Source of the DNA: an uncultured Pseudomonadota bacterium | Lineage (GTDB): Bacteria > Oederibacteriota > Muellerivitia > Muellerivitales > Muellerivitaceae | Direction of reading: 5' to 3' | Assembly: GCA_963770835.1 (NCBI GenBank) | Contig: CAVYRH010000019.1 | Span: 64,001 to 128,000 of the forward strand | DNA: 64,000 bases | Shown: piece after piece, positions 52,380-62,498 of the stretch | Layout: each line of letters begins with the position of its first letter | Numbering within the stretch: position 1 is the stretch's first letter | Program-made: the position numbers and the translations under genes | Notes under the pieces: model-generated | Told to the model about the DNA's origin: nothing | The model's database searches: none | What the model saw: only the letters and a program-made list of their open reading frames with translations

Positions 52380-53423
52380 TTATGACGGTTTAATGGGTTT
52401 TTGACCGATGAGCGTTAAAACCTTACTGGCTATTTCCTTGGTTCCCAAGTGATCCATGCAGGCCATGAGATTGCAATAATCAAGTCCACAATGGCTGCAA
52501 CCGATTTCGGCGTACACATATTGGTGGGGAGCACCGTAAGGGAACCAGATTTCGGTCTCCCCAGGCCCGAATAACCCAAGAGTGGGAGTTCCGACCGCCG
52601 GCCCCACATGCATCGGGCCTGAGTCATTCGCCACCAAAACATCCGCGGCTTCGATAAAGGCCATGAGTCCCCGGATATTGGGCTGGTTGATGAGCATCCA
52701 GTCCTTGTCCATATGGGCCTCAAATTCGGTTACTAAATCCGCCTCTTTCGGGCCGAAAAGGTAGAGAGGCCTTATTCCTTCTCGTTTAAGCCAAAAACCC
52801 AGTTCGATAAAACGTTCCAATGGCCAGCGCTTTGCGGGCCAGGAAGCGCCTGGTAAAAGGGCCGCGACTTTTTCACCGGGTTTAATCCGCGCCCGTTCGA
52901 ACAACTTCCGGACATGATCCTTTTCATCGTCTGTCACCATCAGCGAAGTTTTGTAAGTGGAGGACGGATGAATCCCTAAAACCCGAACTTGGTCCAAATA
53001 GGCCTCCGTTACGGGCCGACGGCCGGAGTCGAGGGCGGGGGAAGAAGGCGGCGCCAGGACGTTGTAAGCCCAAGACCGGCCTCGCATTTCAAAACCCACC
53101 CTGGTCTTCGCGCCGCTCCAAAAGGTCATCTGGGCCGTACGGGGATTGCAGAATAAATCCAAAACCACGTCAAACTTCAAGTTTCGAAGTTCACGAAAGA
53201 AATTCCAAAGGTAGAGGAGATTATTCTTTTGCCCCATATCGAAAGAAAGAACACCCGCCACATCAGGATGGTTTTGGAGGACCTCCGAGTAAGAATATTC
53301 AGTTAAGAACCATATCTCAATGCTTGGATTTTCTCGGCACAGGGCGTCCGCCAAACCCGTTGCCAGAATGATGTCCCCCAGGAACCGGGGACGGATAATA
53401 AGAGCTTTGTTAAATCGATTCAT
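52380..53423 (-). CDS. Glycosyltransferase family 9
   Basis: LGDIIL, PGASWPAKRWP and NDSGPMH motifs. Confidence 0.92.
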   Translation of the reverse strand: MNRFNKALIIRPRFLGDIILATGLADALCRENPSIEIWFLTEYSYSEVLQNHPDVAGVLSFDMGQKNNLLYLWNFFRELRNLKFDVVLDLFCNPRTAQMTFWSGAKTRVGFEMRGRSWAYNVLAPPSSPALDSGRRPVTEAYLDQVRVLGIHPSSTYKTSLMVTDDEKDHVRKLFERARIKPGEKVAALLPGASWPAKRWPLERFIELGFWLKREGIRPLYLFGPKEADLVTEFEAHMDKDWMLINQPNIRGLMAFIEAADVLVANDSGPMHVGPAVGTPTLGLFGPGETEIWFPYGAPHQYVYAEIGCSHCGLDYCNLMACMDHLGTKEIASKVLTLIGQKPIKPS

Positions 53424-53480
53424 TAGCGCCTGTCAAAGTTACGCCTAAATTCTTTTTCCCACACCGAAATTCATTGGTGG

Positions 53481-54548
53481 TTAAAAGTGTTTTGGTAATG
53501 GTTCGGCTTTCATTTTTTGTGGTTTCTTCAGTTTTTTCATAACGGCCTCGTAAACCTCTTGCACCGAAATGGCATGCAGACACTTGTACCCGATAGGGCA
53601 GGACCTTTGGAAGCAGGGACTGCATTCCAGGTGCTTGTAAATCACTTCGTGCCCTATTCCAAAAGGGCGGGTCCAGGTGGGTGAAGTGGATCCGAAAAGC
53701 GCCACAGTGGGGATCCCTACCGCCGCCGCCACATGCATTGGGCCTGTATCATTCGTCACCAGTAGTTTGCATTTGGAAAGCATGGCGGCCAGGATGGTGG
53801 GAGAAGTACGACCTGCCAAAAGGTGCAGTCTTGCCGAGTCTCGGCTTCCCCACCCTTCTAAAAGCGGATTCAAATAGGCCTCTTCTTCCATACCGCCAAA
53901 GATTAAAAATGACTCTTTTCGTGAAGCCATAAGTTTTCCAATTAATTCTTTCCAATAGGGCAGTGGCCATCGTTTGGCGGGGCCGTAAGTGGCACCCGGT
54001 GCCAGTGCTAGGAAGGATTTTTTCGAGGGAACTCCCGCGTCCATCCATACTCGGTGAAGCCCCCGCGTGGCTTCCGGAGTGATGGCGCCATGAAGTTGCG
54101 CAGGACCTTTCGGAACCCCTATTTCAAGTCCTTTTTGGGCCAATTCGAGGTATTCCCAGACCAAGTGTTTTTGCCGTGGTTGGGAATGGGGCACCACGCG
54201 GGTTAGGAATATGTCCCGCCCTTCCCCACCCCATCCGATGCGAACTGGAATTTCAGCAACGAAGCCAAGAAAGGCTGAAGAAAAGGAAGTGGGAAGGATC
54301 AATGAGACGTCAAACTGTTTCTGTTTAAGGGTTGAAGCGGTTTTCCAAAAACCGCCAAATCCTTTTTCCAAACCAATGACATCATTCACCCCTTGAAAAT
54401 CTTTCCAAAAAGTAGAGAAAACGGGTTTGGTCAGGATAGACAACTTCGCTTTCGGAAACATTTTTCTTATTGCCGATACAACCGGCGTGGACATCATGGT
54501 ATCCCCCAACCAGTTGGGAACTCGGATGAGGATGTTGGAATGGTTCAC
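53481..54548 (-). CDS. waaF: LPS heptosyltransferase II
   Basis: PNWLGD.MM, APGATYGPAKRWP and NDTGPMH motifs. GTG start at 54548 overlaps the upstream TGA. Confidence 0.88.
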   Translation of the reverse strand: MNHSNILIRVPNWLGDTMMSTPVVSAIRKMFPKAKLSILTKPVFSTFWKDFQGVNDVIGLEKGFGGFWKTASTLKQKQFDVSLILPTSFSSAFLGFVAEIPVRIGWGGEGRDIFLTRVVPHSQPRQKHLVWEYLELAQKGLEIGVPKGPAQLHGAITPEATRGLHRVWMDAGVPSKKSFLALAPGATYGPAKRWPLPYWKELIGKLMASRKESFLIFGGMEEEAYLNPLLEGWGSRDSARLHLLAGRTSPTILAAMLSKCKLLVTNDTGPMHVAAAVGIPTVALFGSTSPTWTRPFGIGHEVIYKHLECSPCFQRSCPIGYKCLHAISVQEVYEAVMKKLKKPQKMKAEPLPKHF

Positions 54549-55624
54549 CGGCTTCTCCTGATCGACCGTTTGACTGCCCCTTCCACCAAATCCACGGTCA
54601 GGTCCTTCATGCACTTAAAATGGCCCAAGGGACAGGCGGTCTTGCCGTGTACATCACAAGGGCGGCAGGGCAGGTTGGAAACTTCCACGACCGAATGAGG
54701 GCCCCAGGGCTCGAAGCCTAAGGAAGGCGTGGTGGAACCGTAAATCACCACTACCCGGCAACCCCGGCCGGAGGCCAAGTGGGTCAACCCCGAGTCATTG
54801 CCAATAAAAAGATCACACCGCCCTAAAAGGGTGATGGCCTGCTCCAGCGAATATTGTCCTGCCAAATTGATTCCCTGTTCCAAAGGTGTTCCCCGCACTT
54901 TGGCTTTGATGGACCCAATCAAGGATGCTTCCTCAGGGCTTCCAAACCAAAAGAGGGTGCAACGGTAGTCCTCCACCAGCCGGGAAGCCAGCTCCGCGTA
55001 TCTTTCGGGCATCCAGCGCTTGGTGTTCCATTTCGCGCCGGGTCCCAGGCCGATAACCAATTGGGTGGGCGCGATTTTCCGGCGTTCCAGGAACTCCCTC
55101 AAGAAAGACTGGTCTTTATGGGAAACCTGGATTTCAAACTTGATCTTAAGGTGGGGCCGAACCCCCAAGGGCTCCAGGATTCGAAGGTACTTTTGAATGG
55201 TATGAAGGCTGGGTCCGCTTCCCAGCTTTTTCACCAACAACCGCCGCCGAAGCGCTTCCTTGTCATAAACCAGAAGTCGGGCTTTCCGCAGGAAAAAGGC
55301 GATGATCTGGGTCCTTAAGGAATCGTGCAGATCGAGGATCAGGGTGGGATTGATGCGTCGAAGCTCCTGGATATGCGACCAAAGCTTAAAAAAGCCCGAT
55401 CCTTCCAGGGGAATAACACGGGTCAATGCCGGATGGTTCTGGAGCACGGCCGCATATTGCCGCTTCGTGGCGAAGTAGATCTGGGCGCGGGGGAAAGCCG
55501 CCAAAAGGCCGTCTAAAACGGGATTGGTCAACGCTACATCACCCAGGGAGGAATAGCGCAAGATCAGAATACGCAGGGGGCCTTGACTCGGTGTTTTTTC
55601 CGCCGGAGTTGTTTTCGATGCCAT
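54545..55624 (-). CDS. Glycosyltransferase family 9
   Basis: RYSSLGDV, PGAKWNTKRW, NDSGLTH and CRPC..HG...CP.GHFKCM motifs. Confidence 0.92.
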   Translation of the reverse strand: MASKTTPAEKTPSQGPLRILILRYSSLGDVALTNPVLDGLLAAFPRAQIYFATKRQYAAVLQNHPALTRVIPLEGSGFFKLWSHIQELRRINPTLILDLHDSLRTQIIAFFLRKARLLVYDKEALRRRLLVKKLGSGPSLHTIQKYLRILEPLGVRPHLKIKFEIQVSHKDQSFLREFLERRKIAPTQLVIGLGPGAKWNTKRWMPERYAELASRLVEDYRCTLFWFGSPEEASLIGSIKAKVRGTPLEQGINLAGQYSLEQAITLLGRCDLFIGNDSGLTHLASGRGCRVVVIYGSTTPSLGFEPWGPHSVVEVSNLPCRPCDVHGKTACPLGHFKCMKDLTVDLVEGAVKRSIRRSR

Positions 55625-55723
55625 TAGCCCTCAGTGAATGAGCTGTTCGGAACTTTCAAGACCTTTAAAAACGGCTCTTTTCGATGGAATCCTTAAACTC
55701 TACTACCAAAAACCCAGCATGGT

Positions 55724-56845
55724 TCAGTTGGTGGTACAGGCTAGGGAGATGTTCTTTAAAACCGTATCCCAATGGCTCTTTCCGCCCGTGACTTCCCACT
55801 TTATTTCAAGGACTAGGATGGGAATATCCAATTTCATCCCGCGGGGCAGTTTCACTTCGTCCTTTTGGGTTGTCACCAGGTATTGAAGGCCCCTCAATTT
55901 GGCGTCCTCTAAAATATCCCTTAATTTCTCCTCCGTATAGGGGAAATGGTCGCGCAGGGTATAAGCGTGGCGGATCAGCACCTTGAACTCCGCCAGAGTG
56001 CGGATAAAGGAAAGCGGGTTGGCGACCCCCGAAAAAGCCCCTACCGAAACCCGGTCCAGCGAAGAGGGTTTGACTTCTTTTCCAGTTTGAAAGTCCTTTA
56101 AAACCATCGGCTTGTAACAGGATTCCACGATGTAAGCGCGGGGATTGTGGCGCTGTAGGACGGTACGGATATCCTCCGGGCTTCGGGCCAGGTTCACCTT
56201 GTTCAAGACGAAGACATCGGCCTCGCCCAAGGCGCCCAAAGGTTCCCGCAAGAGGCCCGCTGGCAGGACCCATCCCGTGCTGAAAGGATTGATGCCGTCC
56301 ACGATGAGGATGTCCAGGTCGCGGTGAAGCTCGAAGCGCCGCTGGTAGCCGTCGTCCAGGATGAAAAGGTCGGGTTTGAATTCCCTCAGCGCTTCCTGGC
56401 CCGCCTCATAACGGTCCTTCGCGACCAGGACGGCCGCTTCGGGCACGCTCTCGGCGATTAAAAGCGGCTCATCCCCGCCTTCCGCCGCGTCGGCCAACAA
56501 CTTTTTACCGTTGGAAACCCAAACGAGGGAAGAACTTTTCCGCATCCGCCGGTAACCCCGGCTCAAGACCGCCACCCGCTTTCCTGCCTGGGAAAAATGA
56601 CGGGCGAGGGCGATAACCACCGGTGTCTTCCCCGTCCCTCCCGTCGTGATGTTGCCCACACTAACCACCGGGCAGGTCAATCTTTTGCGCCGGAGCAGTC
56701 CCGAACGGTAAGAAGTTTTCCGGGTCCACCATCCGGCCAAGAAAAAGAAGGAAACAACTTTGAGGAAAGAAAAGACGGCTTTGTCCCGCCAGGTGTGGGG
56801 TTTGTCGTGAAGGAATTTAAGATAGGCGGTTTCAAAGTCGCTCAA
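55724..56845 (-). CDS. lpxK: Tetraacyldisaccharide 4'-kinase
   Basis: VGNITTGGTGKTP, LSRGY, GDEP, LDDGYQ, LPAG.LRE and DH motifs. Confidence 0.95.
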   Translation of the reverse strand: MSDFETAYLKFLHDKPHTWRDKAVFSFLKVVSFFFLAGWWTRKTSYRSGLLRRKRLTCPVVSVGNITTGGTGKTPVVIALARHFSQAGKRVAVLSRGYRRMRKSSSLVWVSNGKKLLADAAEGGDEPLLIAESVPEAAVLVAKDRYEAGQEALREFKPDLFILDDGYQRRFELHRDLDILIVDGINPFSTGWVLPAGLLREPLGALGEADVFVLNKVNLARSPEDIRTVLQRHNPRAYIVESCYKPMVLKDFQTGKEVKPSSLDRVSVGAFSGVANPLSFIRTLAEFKVLIRHAYTLRDHFPYTEEKLRDILEDAKLRGLQYLVTTQKDEVKLPRGMKLDIPILVLEIKWEVTGGKSHWDTVLKNISLACTTN

Positions 56846-56897
56846 CGGAAATCCTTTTTTAAATTCTTCACCCTATTTAACAAAGGGGGATGAAGGA

Positions 56898-58196
56898 TCA
56901 AGTTTCTTCGGCAAGATTAATCGGCCAATGAGCCACCACCTGTTGAACGGTCCGCTCCGTGGCCCCCCGCATGGAAACCACCGAATCATAAGCCCGGTTT
57001 CCCGCCTCCCTCGCCAGATCTGAATCCAGGAACTTTTGGAAGCCGCTCAACAATTCCGTCCCATCATCCACCAGAAGCCCGCCCCCGGATTCGATCAGGG
57101 CCTGCGCTGCTTCCCCCACGTTTTGCGTGTAACGTCCGAAACAAACCGGCACGTGGGACAAAGCCGGTTCCATCACGTTGTGTCCGCCGACGGGAACCAG
57201 GGTTCCCCCCACGAAGGCGGCCCGGGACAAGGCATAAGCTAAAGATAACTCCCCGACTGTATCCAGCACAATAACTCGTTCTGGGCCGAGCCCCTTTTCC
57301 AACTCACTGCGGAAGACGTTGTTAATCCCGAGCTCCTTCAGTTTTTGGCGGTATATCTCGACATTCTTGAGGTGACGGGGCGCGATTAAAACCTTCACAT
57401 CGGGGGAAAGGCGCAACATTTCCGGCAAAAGCGGCAGGAGCTGGTCATCCTCTCCGCTTCGAAGGCTTCCCAAGATAAAAAGGATGTCCCGGTTCAAAAG
57501 GCGCAATTTCTCCTTAAATTTCTGGGCTGCCAGGGCGTCCGGGGCTTGACGGTCATATTTCATTTGGCCCATCACTTGGATCCGCTTCCGGGATACTCCC
57601 AAGGTCTCCAACCTGTCGGCGTCCTGCCGGGTTTGGACCAGGCAGGTGTTGAAGCAATTCAAGACGGGGGAAAAGAGCCTTTTCAGGCGGCGGTAGGAGG
57701 GAAAACTCCGGTCGGAGATACGTCCATTGATGAGAAGAAGCGGGATCCCGTTTTGCCCTGTGCGAAGGAACCAATTGGGCCAGAATTCGGTCTCCGCCAC
57801 CAGGATCATCACAGGCCGGAATGCTTGGAAGGCCCTCTTGAGTGGCGGGGTCATATCCAGGGGGGCTAGGAAAACCTCATCGGCCACTTCCTTTTCTAGG
57901 GCGATTTTCTTCCCCATTTCAGAGGTGGTGGTCAGGAGGATGCGGGCCTCCGGTTTGGCTTTGCGGAAAGCGTTGCAAAAAGGGGTAATGGCATTCACTT
58001 CCCCGGCTGAGGCCGCGTGCAGCCAAACGTTATAACCAATTGCGAGTTTTTGAACTTTTTCCTTCGGATAAAAACCCAGGCGTTCCCTAAAAGATACCGA
58101 ATGGTAAAAAAGAGAAATCGACCTCAGCGGAAGATATAAAAGGAACATCCCCAACCGATAAATCCATGACAGGACCATTGTTAATAAGCTTTGCAT
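56898..58196 (-). CDS. waaA: Kdo transferase
   Basis: WLHAASAGE, ETEFWPN, NGRIS, APRH, DTVGEL and GGHNVMEP motifs. Confidence 0.95.
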   Translation of the reverse strand: MQSLLTMVLSWIYRLGMFLLYLPLRSISLFYHSVSFRERLGFYPKEKVQKLAIGYNVWLHAASAGEVNAITPFCNAFRKAKPEARILLTTTSEMGKKIALEKEVADEVFLAPLDMTPPLKRAFQAFRPVMILVAETEFWPNWFLRTGQNGIPLLLINGRISDRSFPSYRRLKRLFSPVLNCFNTCLVQTRQDADRLETLGVSRKRIQVMGQMKYDRQAPDALAAQKFKEKLRLLNRDILFILGSLRSGEDDQLLPLLPEMLRLSPDVKVLIAPRHLKNVEIYRQKLKELGINNVFRSELEKGLGPERVIVLDTVGELSLAYALSRAAFVGGTLVPVGGHNVMEPALSHVPVCFGRYTQNVGEAAQALIESGGGLLVDDGTELLSGFQKFLDSDLAREAGNRAYDSVVSMRGATERTVQQVVAHWPINLAEET

Positions 58197-58207
58197 TTTT
58201 ACCTTTG

Positions 58208-58864
58208 TTATTGGTTGATAAAATAATTCTCGGCTTCTGCGGTCACCCGATCCAATTCCTTTTGAATCCTCTGGAAATACTCTTCATCGTCTCCCCCTTC
58301 TGCCGGAACTGGGATAGGCTCGCCATAGACGAACACCGCTCGGGAAAAGGGCTTGGGAATGATGAACTGGTCCCAGCTTTTCAGGCGCCAGCAATGCTCC
58401 GCCGCGAAGCCAAAAGGCACGACGGGAGACCCTGTCAAACGGGCGATCTGGACGGCACCCATTTTCATGACCCGGCGAGGACCTCGGGGGCCGTCCGGCG
58501 TAATGGCACAGCGCTTCCCCGCCCTCAAATCATCCACCATCTCACGGGTGGCTTCTTTGCCACCCTTGGAGCTGGAACCCCGGACGGCTGTGTAACCAAA
58601 AAACTTTCCAACGGTGGTGATCAGTTCACCGTCCCGGCTGGCCGATATCATCACGTGCACGTCTTGGTCCCGGTGGTACCAAACGCTCATCAAAATCGTC
58701 TCGTGCCAGAGGGCCCAAAGGGGAGGCTGATCCTGCTTCGCCCGGGGTCCCAAATCGGACCGGCCCAAGGATTTGATCCGCAGGGTTAATCCGATTAGAT
58801 GGATTAAGGGTGTTGCAATAAGAACGATGAGCCAATCCAACAGGGAAAGCTTATGATTGCGCAA
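58208..58864 (-). CDS. DUF374 / lysophospholipid acyltransferase family protein
   Basis: WH, S.SRDG, RGSS..GG, TPDGPRGP and SWD.F..PKPF motifs. Confidence 0.9.
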   Translation of the reverse strand: MRNHKLSLLDWLIVLIATPLIHLIGLTLRIKSLGRSDLGPRAKQDQPPLWALWHETILMSVWYHRDQDVHVMISASRDGELITTVGKFFGYTAVRGSSSKGGKEATREMVDDLRAGKRCAITPDGPRGPRRVMKMGAVQIARLTGSPVVPFGFAAEHCWRLKSWDQFIIPKPFSRAVFVYGEPIPVPAEGGDDEEYFQRIQKELDRVTAEAENYFINQ

Positions 58865-58865
58865 T

Positions 58866-60020
58866 TTATTTTTCTTTCAAAAGCTTTAATATCTCCCGGG
58901 CAACATTTTGGGAGGCTTTGGGTGGTCGGGCGATGCTCTTTTTAATTCTTTCGAAATGCCTGACTTGACGGTCCCGGAAATCTTTTTGGTCCAAAATTCG
59001 GTGAGTCTCCGCCACCAGCCGTTTCGGGGTGGCCTTTTCCTGGAGAAGCTCGGTCACCACGGTTTGACCGGCCAAGAGGTTCACCAAGGAAACATCCTTA
59101 ACCCTCAAAAGACGCTTGGCTAGGAAGCCCGTCACCGTCGCCACCTTGTAAACCACCACCATGGGCGTTTTCAAAAGGGCCGTTTCAAGGGTGCTGGTAC
59201 CGGATTTGATCCAGGCCGCGTCGCAGGCCTTACGCAAGTCGTAGGCCGGGCCTTCGATGAAAAAAAAGGGGTCGTCTGGGGTAAGTCCGTGAAAATCGGC
59301 CTGCTCGAGGCCATTCGATTTGGGGACAACAAAGGCCGCATCCGGGCAGCTTTTGCGCAGGAGCCGGGAGGCCTTTAAAAATAAAGGCCATAGCTTTTGA
59401 ATCTCCCCCTTTCGGCTTCCGGGCATGGCGCAAATGACGGGAAATCTGGAGTAGGAAATTCCTAATTCCTCCAAAACCGCCTTTCGATGGACGGGTTTCA
59501 AATCCATTTCCTCAATAAGGGGGTTTCCCACATAAACGGCCTGGAGGCCATGTTTGCGGAAATAAGCGGTCTCAAAAGGAAAGATGACGAGAAGTTTTCG
59601 GAGGATTCTTTTCATAGCCTTGACACGGCCTTCGTTCCAAGCCCAAACCTTCGGCGCAACGTAGTAACAGACGGGCACCCCCAGCCAGTGGGCTTTCTCC
59701 GCCAGGCGCAGGTTGAATCCGGGATAGTCCACCAGGAAAAGCAGGCTGGGCTTTTCAGCTTTCAGCCAGTTTTCGCAATTCCGAAGTCGCCGTAGGCTGG
59801 CGGGAAGGTGCCGGACGACTTCCGCCAGGCCCATGACCGCTTTGGGGGTCAAGTCCTCGCGGACCTCCATACCGGCCCGCGACATGAGGGGGCCTCCCAG
59901 GCCGAAAATCCTTAAATTCTTGTTTTTCTGAAGGAGGGTCTCAATGACTTTGGCCGCGTGCATATCCCCGGAAGCCTCGCCGGCGATCATCATGATGGAT
60001 CGGAATGAAGCAGGGGGCAT
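58866..60020 (-). CDS. lpxB: Lipid-A-disaccharide synthase
   Basis: AGEASGD, DYPGFN, YVAPKVWAW, PGSR and SGTSTLE motifs. Start uncertain. Confidence 0.94.
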   Translation of the reverse strand: MPPASFRSIMMIAGEASGDMHAAKVIETLLQKNKNLRIFGLGGPLMSRAGMEVREDLTPKAVMGLAEVVRHLPASLRRLRNCENWLKAEKPSLLFLVDYPGFNLRLAEKAHWLGVPVCYYVAPKVWAWNEGRVKAMKRILRKLLVIFPFETAYFRKHGLQAVYVGNPLIEEMDLKPVHRKAVLEELGISYSRFPVICAMPGSRKGEIQKLWPLFLKASRLLRKSCPDAAFVVPKSNGLEQADFHGLTPDDPFFFIEGPAYDLRKACDAAWIKSGTSTLETALLKTPMVVVYKVATVTGFLAKRLLRVKDVSLVNLLAGQTVVTELLQEKATPKRLVAETHRILDQKDFRDRQVRHFERIKKSIARPPKASQNVAREILKLLKEK

Positions 60021-60058
60021 CTCGGGACTTTCCGGGGCAAAAACCAGCCCCGGATTTT

Positions 60059-61255
60059 TTAAGGGGTTGGCTGCTTGCCGTCTAAGAGTTGTTGATACCA
60101 CTGAAGGTGTTGGTCCACCCAAGGTTCCAGGCTGAAACGCAAAGCTATTTTACGGGTTTCCCGGCTGAATTTCGCCATTAAAGCCTTTGACCTTAAAACC
60201 TTGTTGAGGGTGTTCGACCATTCCTGGGGATCATCCGTATCAAGAACCAATCCTCCCTGGGCCTTGCCGGGGGTTGTTTCCAGTATCTCAGCCAACCCTC
60301 CTCCCCTACGCGCCACGACCGGGCGCCCGCAAGCCATAGCTTCCGCCACTGCCATGCCAAAGGATTCGGCTTCGGCCATATGAACCACCAAATCCGTAGC
60401 CGAGAGGAATTCGGATACGCTAGGGACGTACCCTTCATAAACAAAAACCTTTTCAATGCCCAGTTTTTTCCGAAGTTCCAATATTTTCTCGAAATACCAA
60501 CTTTCATCGGGAGAGTGTTTTCCGACAACCCTGAATCGGACTTTTGGCCTTTGGGCCACCAGCTTGGCGGCCGTGTGGAGGAAGAGTTCGTGGCCCTTGT
60601 GCGGCGTGATCCTAGAAACCATTCCGATGACTTCGTTTTTATCCCACCCCCAGCTTTTTCGTAGTCTTTTCCGGGAAGCGGCTTTGAAATTGAACTCCTT
60701 GAGATCAACCGGCATGAAAGATGTGATGACCTTTTCGGGAATGACCGGACATGTCTCCAATACGTTCCGGCGGATGAACCCCGAACAGGTCAATACAAGG
60801 TCCAATCTTCGGTAAAGCCGTTGATGGAGAAAGCCTTTTTTAAGAACAGCCGAAGCCACGTGCTTGGTAAGAACTAACGGTCCTTTCCATCCCGAAAGGG
60901 CCAAGGCTGGAACCACCGACCACAAATCCCGCGTGTGATGGAGATGAAGGATATCCGGTGATTCCTTACGTAATGCCGAACGTATCTCCTGGATGCTGAC
61001 GGGGCTGAAATGACTATGGAAATGAAAGGCCTGGGTCAGCAACCCCCGTTCCCGGGCCTTTTTTCCCAGGAATGAATCTGGGTCGGCCCAAATTGAAACT
61101 TGGTGGTTTCTCTTGCGCAAACCGGAAGCCAATAAGAGAGGGGCCAGTTCCCTTCCGCCTTCGCCGCGGGAAGCAAGAGCCTGGACGATACGAAAACGGG
61201 AATGGATACCCACAATTACCTCATGAAGTGAAGTTGCTAAACCCGTGACAACCAA
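60059..61255 (-). CDS. Glycosyltransferase family 4
   Basis: RI...KG and ESFGMAVAEAMACGRPVV motifs. Confidence 0.9.
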   Translation of the reverse strand: MVVTGLATSLHEVIVGIHSRFRIVQALASRGEGGRELAPLLLASGLRKRNHQVSIWADPDSFLGKKARERGLLTQAFHFHSHFSPVSIQEIRSALRKESPDILHLHHTRDLWSVVPALALSGWKGPLVLTKHVASAVLKKGFLHQRLYRRLDLVLTCSGFIRRNVLETCPVIPEKVITSFMPVDLKEFNFKAASRKRLRKSWGWDKNEVIGMVSRITPHKGHELFLHTAAKLVAQRPKVRFRVVGKHSPDESWYFEKILELRKKLGIEKVFVYEGYVPSVSEFLSATDLVVHMAEAESFGMAVAEAMACGRPVVARRGGGLAEILETTPGKAQGGLVLDTDDPQEWSNTLNKVLRSKALMAKFSRETRKIALRFSLEPWVDQHLQWYQQLLDGKQPTP

Positions 61256-61406
61256 AAAGTAGCATTAGTTTGACGTTTGAATGTCGTAAGTGTGCCGAAA
61301 AAAGAGTGAGTTTGTGATTTCAGGATTATTTTATGGTTTTACCACGTAAAAGCATGCAGAGGACTTCAGAATCTTGGAATAACACGGTATTTATAGAATG
61401 GAACCG

Positions 61407-62498
61407 CTAATAAGAGGGTGTAACGGGAATAATGGTGAACCGGAAGTTGAAATACCCCAGCACAGCGAAACCGTGGTCCCATTTTTCATAGCCAAGGTTG
61501 AAGGCAAATAACCCGTCAATTTGGGAATCCAGGAGAACGGGATTTTCATACATGGGGAAGGGTTTCCAGATCTCAAATTTCCAATTGGTGTCCAAAAACC
61601 TGGTGTTGAACCCGGTATAAAAAATGTTCGGCGGGTCAACCGCGATATCCGATAATTTAGACGTCGTGAGGGGGATCAGCTGGGAATAAGTCATACTTGG
61701 GCCAAAATCCCCCAACCCAATACTTTGCATGGCCTGGCCAAAGCCGTAAATGTATCCGAAATGGACCGCCGAACCCCTGGCGATGCTTTTGCTCATGACG
61801 GTGTAAACCCCGCCTACCGAATTACCGGTCAGGGTGAAGCTGTCGCTGCCCGCTGATCCCGATGAGCTGGGAGTACCGCCGTTGAGCAGTTCGGACAATA
61901 GGATTCCGGAGGCGAAGGCCGGTGCGTCCCCATCTTCATCCAGCCACGCGTATTTAACGTCGCTGGTCAGCATCCAAAGCCTTAAGGGGTTGAGGTAATC
62001 CGCGGGCAGTCCGTCTTCTTTTTCGGCGATGGTACCGATGAGATAAGTGAAGGCGATGTCCCAATTGAAGCCGTCCCAACGGTCCCAACCGTTGGAATAG
62101 GCGGTAGGCCAGAGGGCCAGGGAGGCCCGGGAAATGCTGGGCGTATCGGTCATGGTGGGAGTGGAGGTGGGGATGGTCCCCGTCACGGTCGGAGTAAAGG
62201 TATTAGTAACGGTTGGAGTGGACGTTGGGGATCCAACCGTGGGAGTGTCTGTGGCGAATGGATCCCAGGTATAAGTCCACGTGGGCGTCGCGAAGGGATT
62301 GAACGTAAAGGTCGGGGTGGGGGAGGGTGTGGGTGTTCCCGTGGGAGAGTCGGTATCAACCACGGCCGGGGTAAAGGTGGGAGTCGGAGTCCCTGTCGGG
62401 GAAGCTGTGGGCGCGACCGACTGGGCCCAGGAAAGCGAGGCTGTCAGGAACACCACCAGCTCAACGCAATAGATAAACCTTGACGTTCTTTCTTCCAA
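61407..62498 (-). CDS. Hypothetical exported protein with a Thr/Pro tract and a possible beta-barrel C-terminus
   Basis: TTG 62498 has GAGG upstream; leader ending SWA; TPT tract; alternating aromatic strands (FAFNLGY..., GYFNFRF). Confidence 0.65.
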   Translation of the reverse strand: MEERTSRFIYCVELVVFLTASLSWAQSVAPTASPTGTPTPTFTPAVVDTDSPTGTPTPSPTPTFTFNPFATPTWTYTWDPFATDTPTVGSPTSTPTVTNTFTPTVTGTIPTSTPTMTDTPSISRASLALWPTAYSNGWDRWDGFNWDIAFTYLIGTIAEKEDGLPADYLNPLRLWMLTSDVKYAWLDEDGDAPAFASGILLSELLNGGTPSSSGSAGSDSFTLTGNSVGGVYTVMSKSIARGSAVHFGYIYGFGQAMQSIGLGDFGPSMTYSQLIPLTTSKLSDIAVDPPNIFYTGFNTRFLDTNWKFEIWKPFPMYENPVLLDSQIDGLFAFNLGYEKWDHGFAVLGYFNFRFTIIPVTPSY

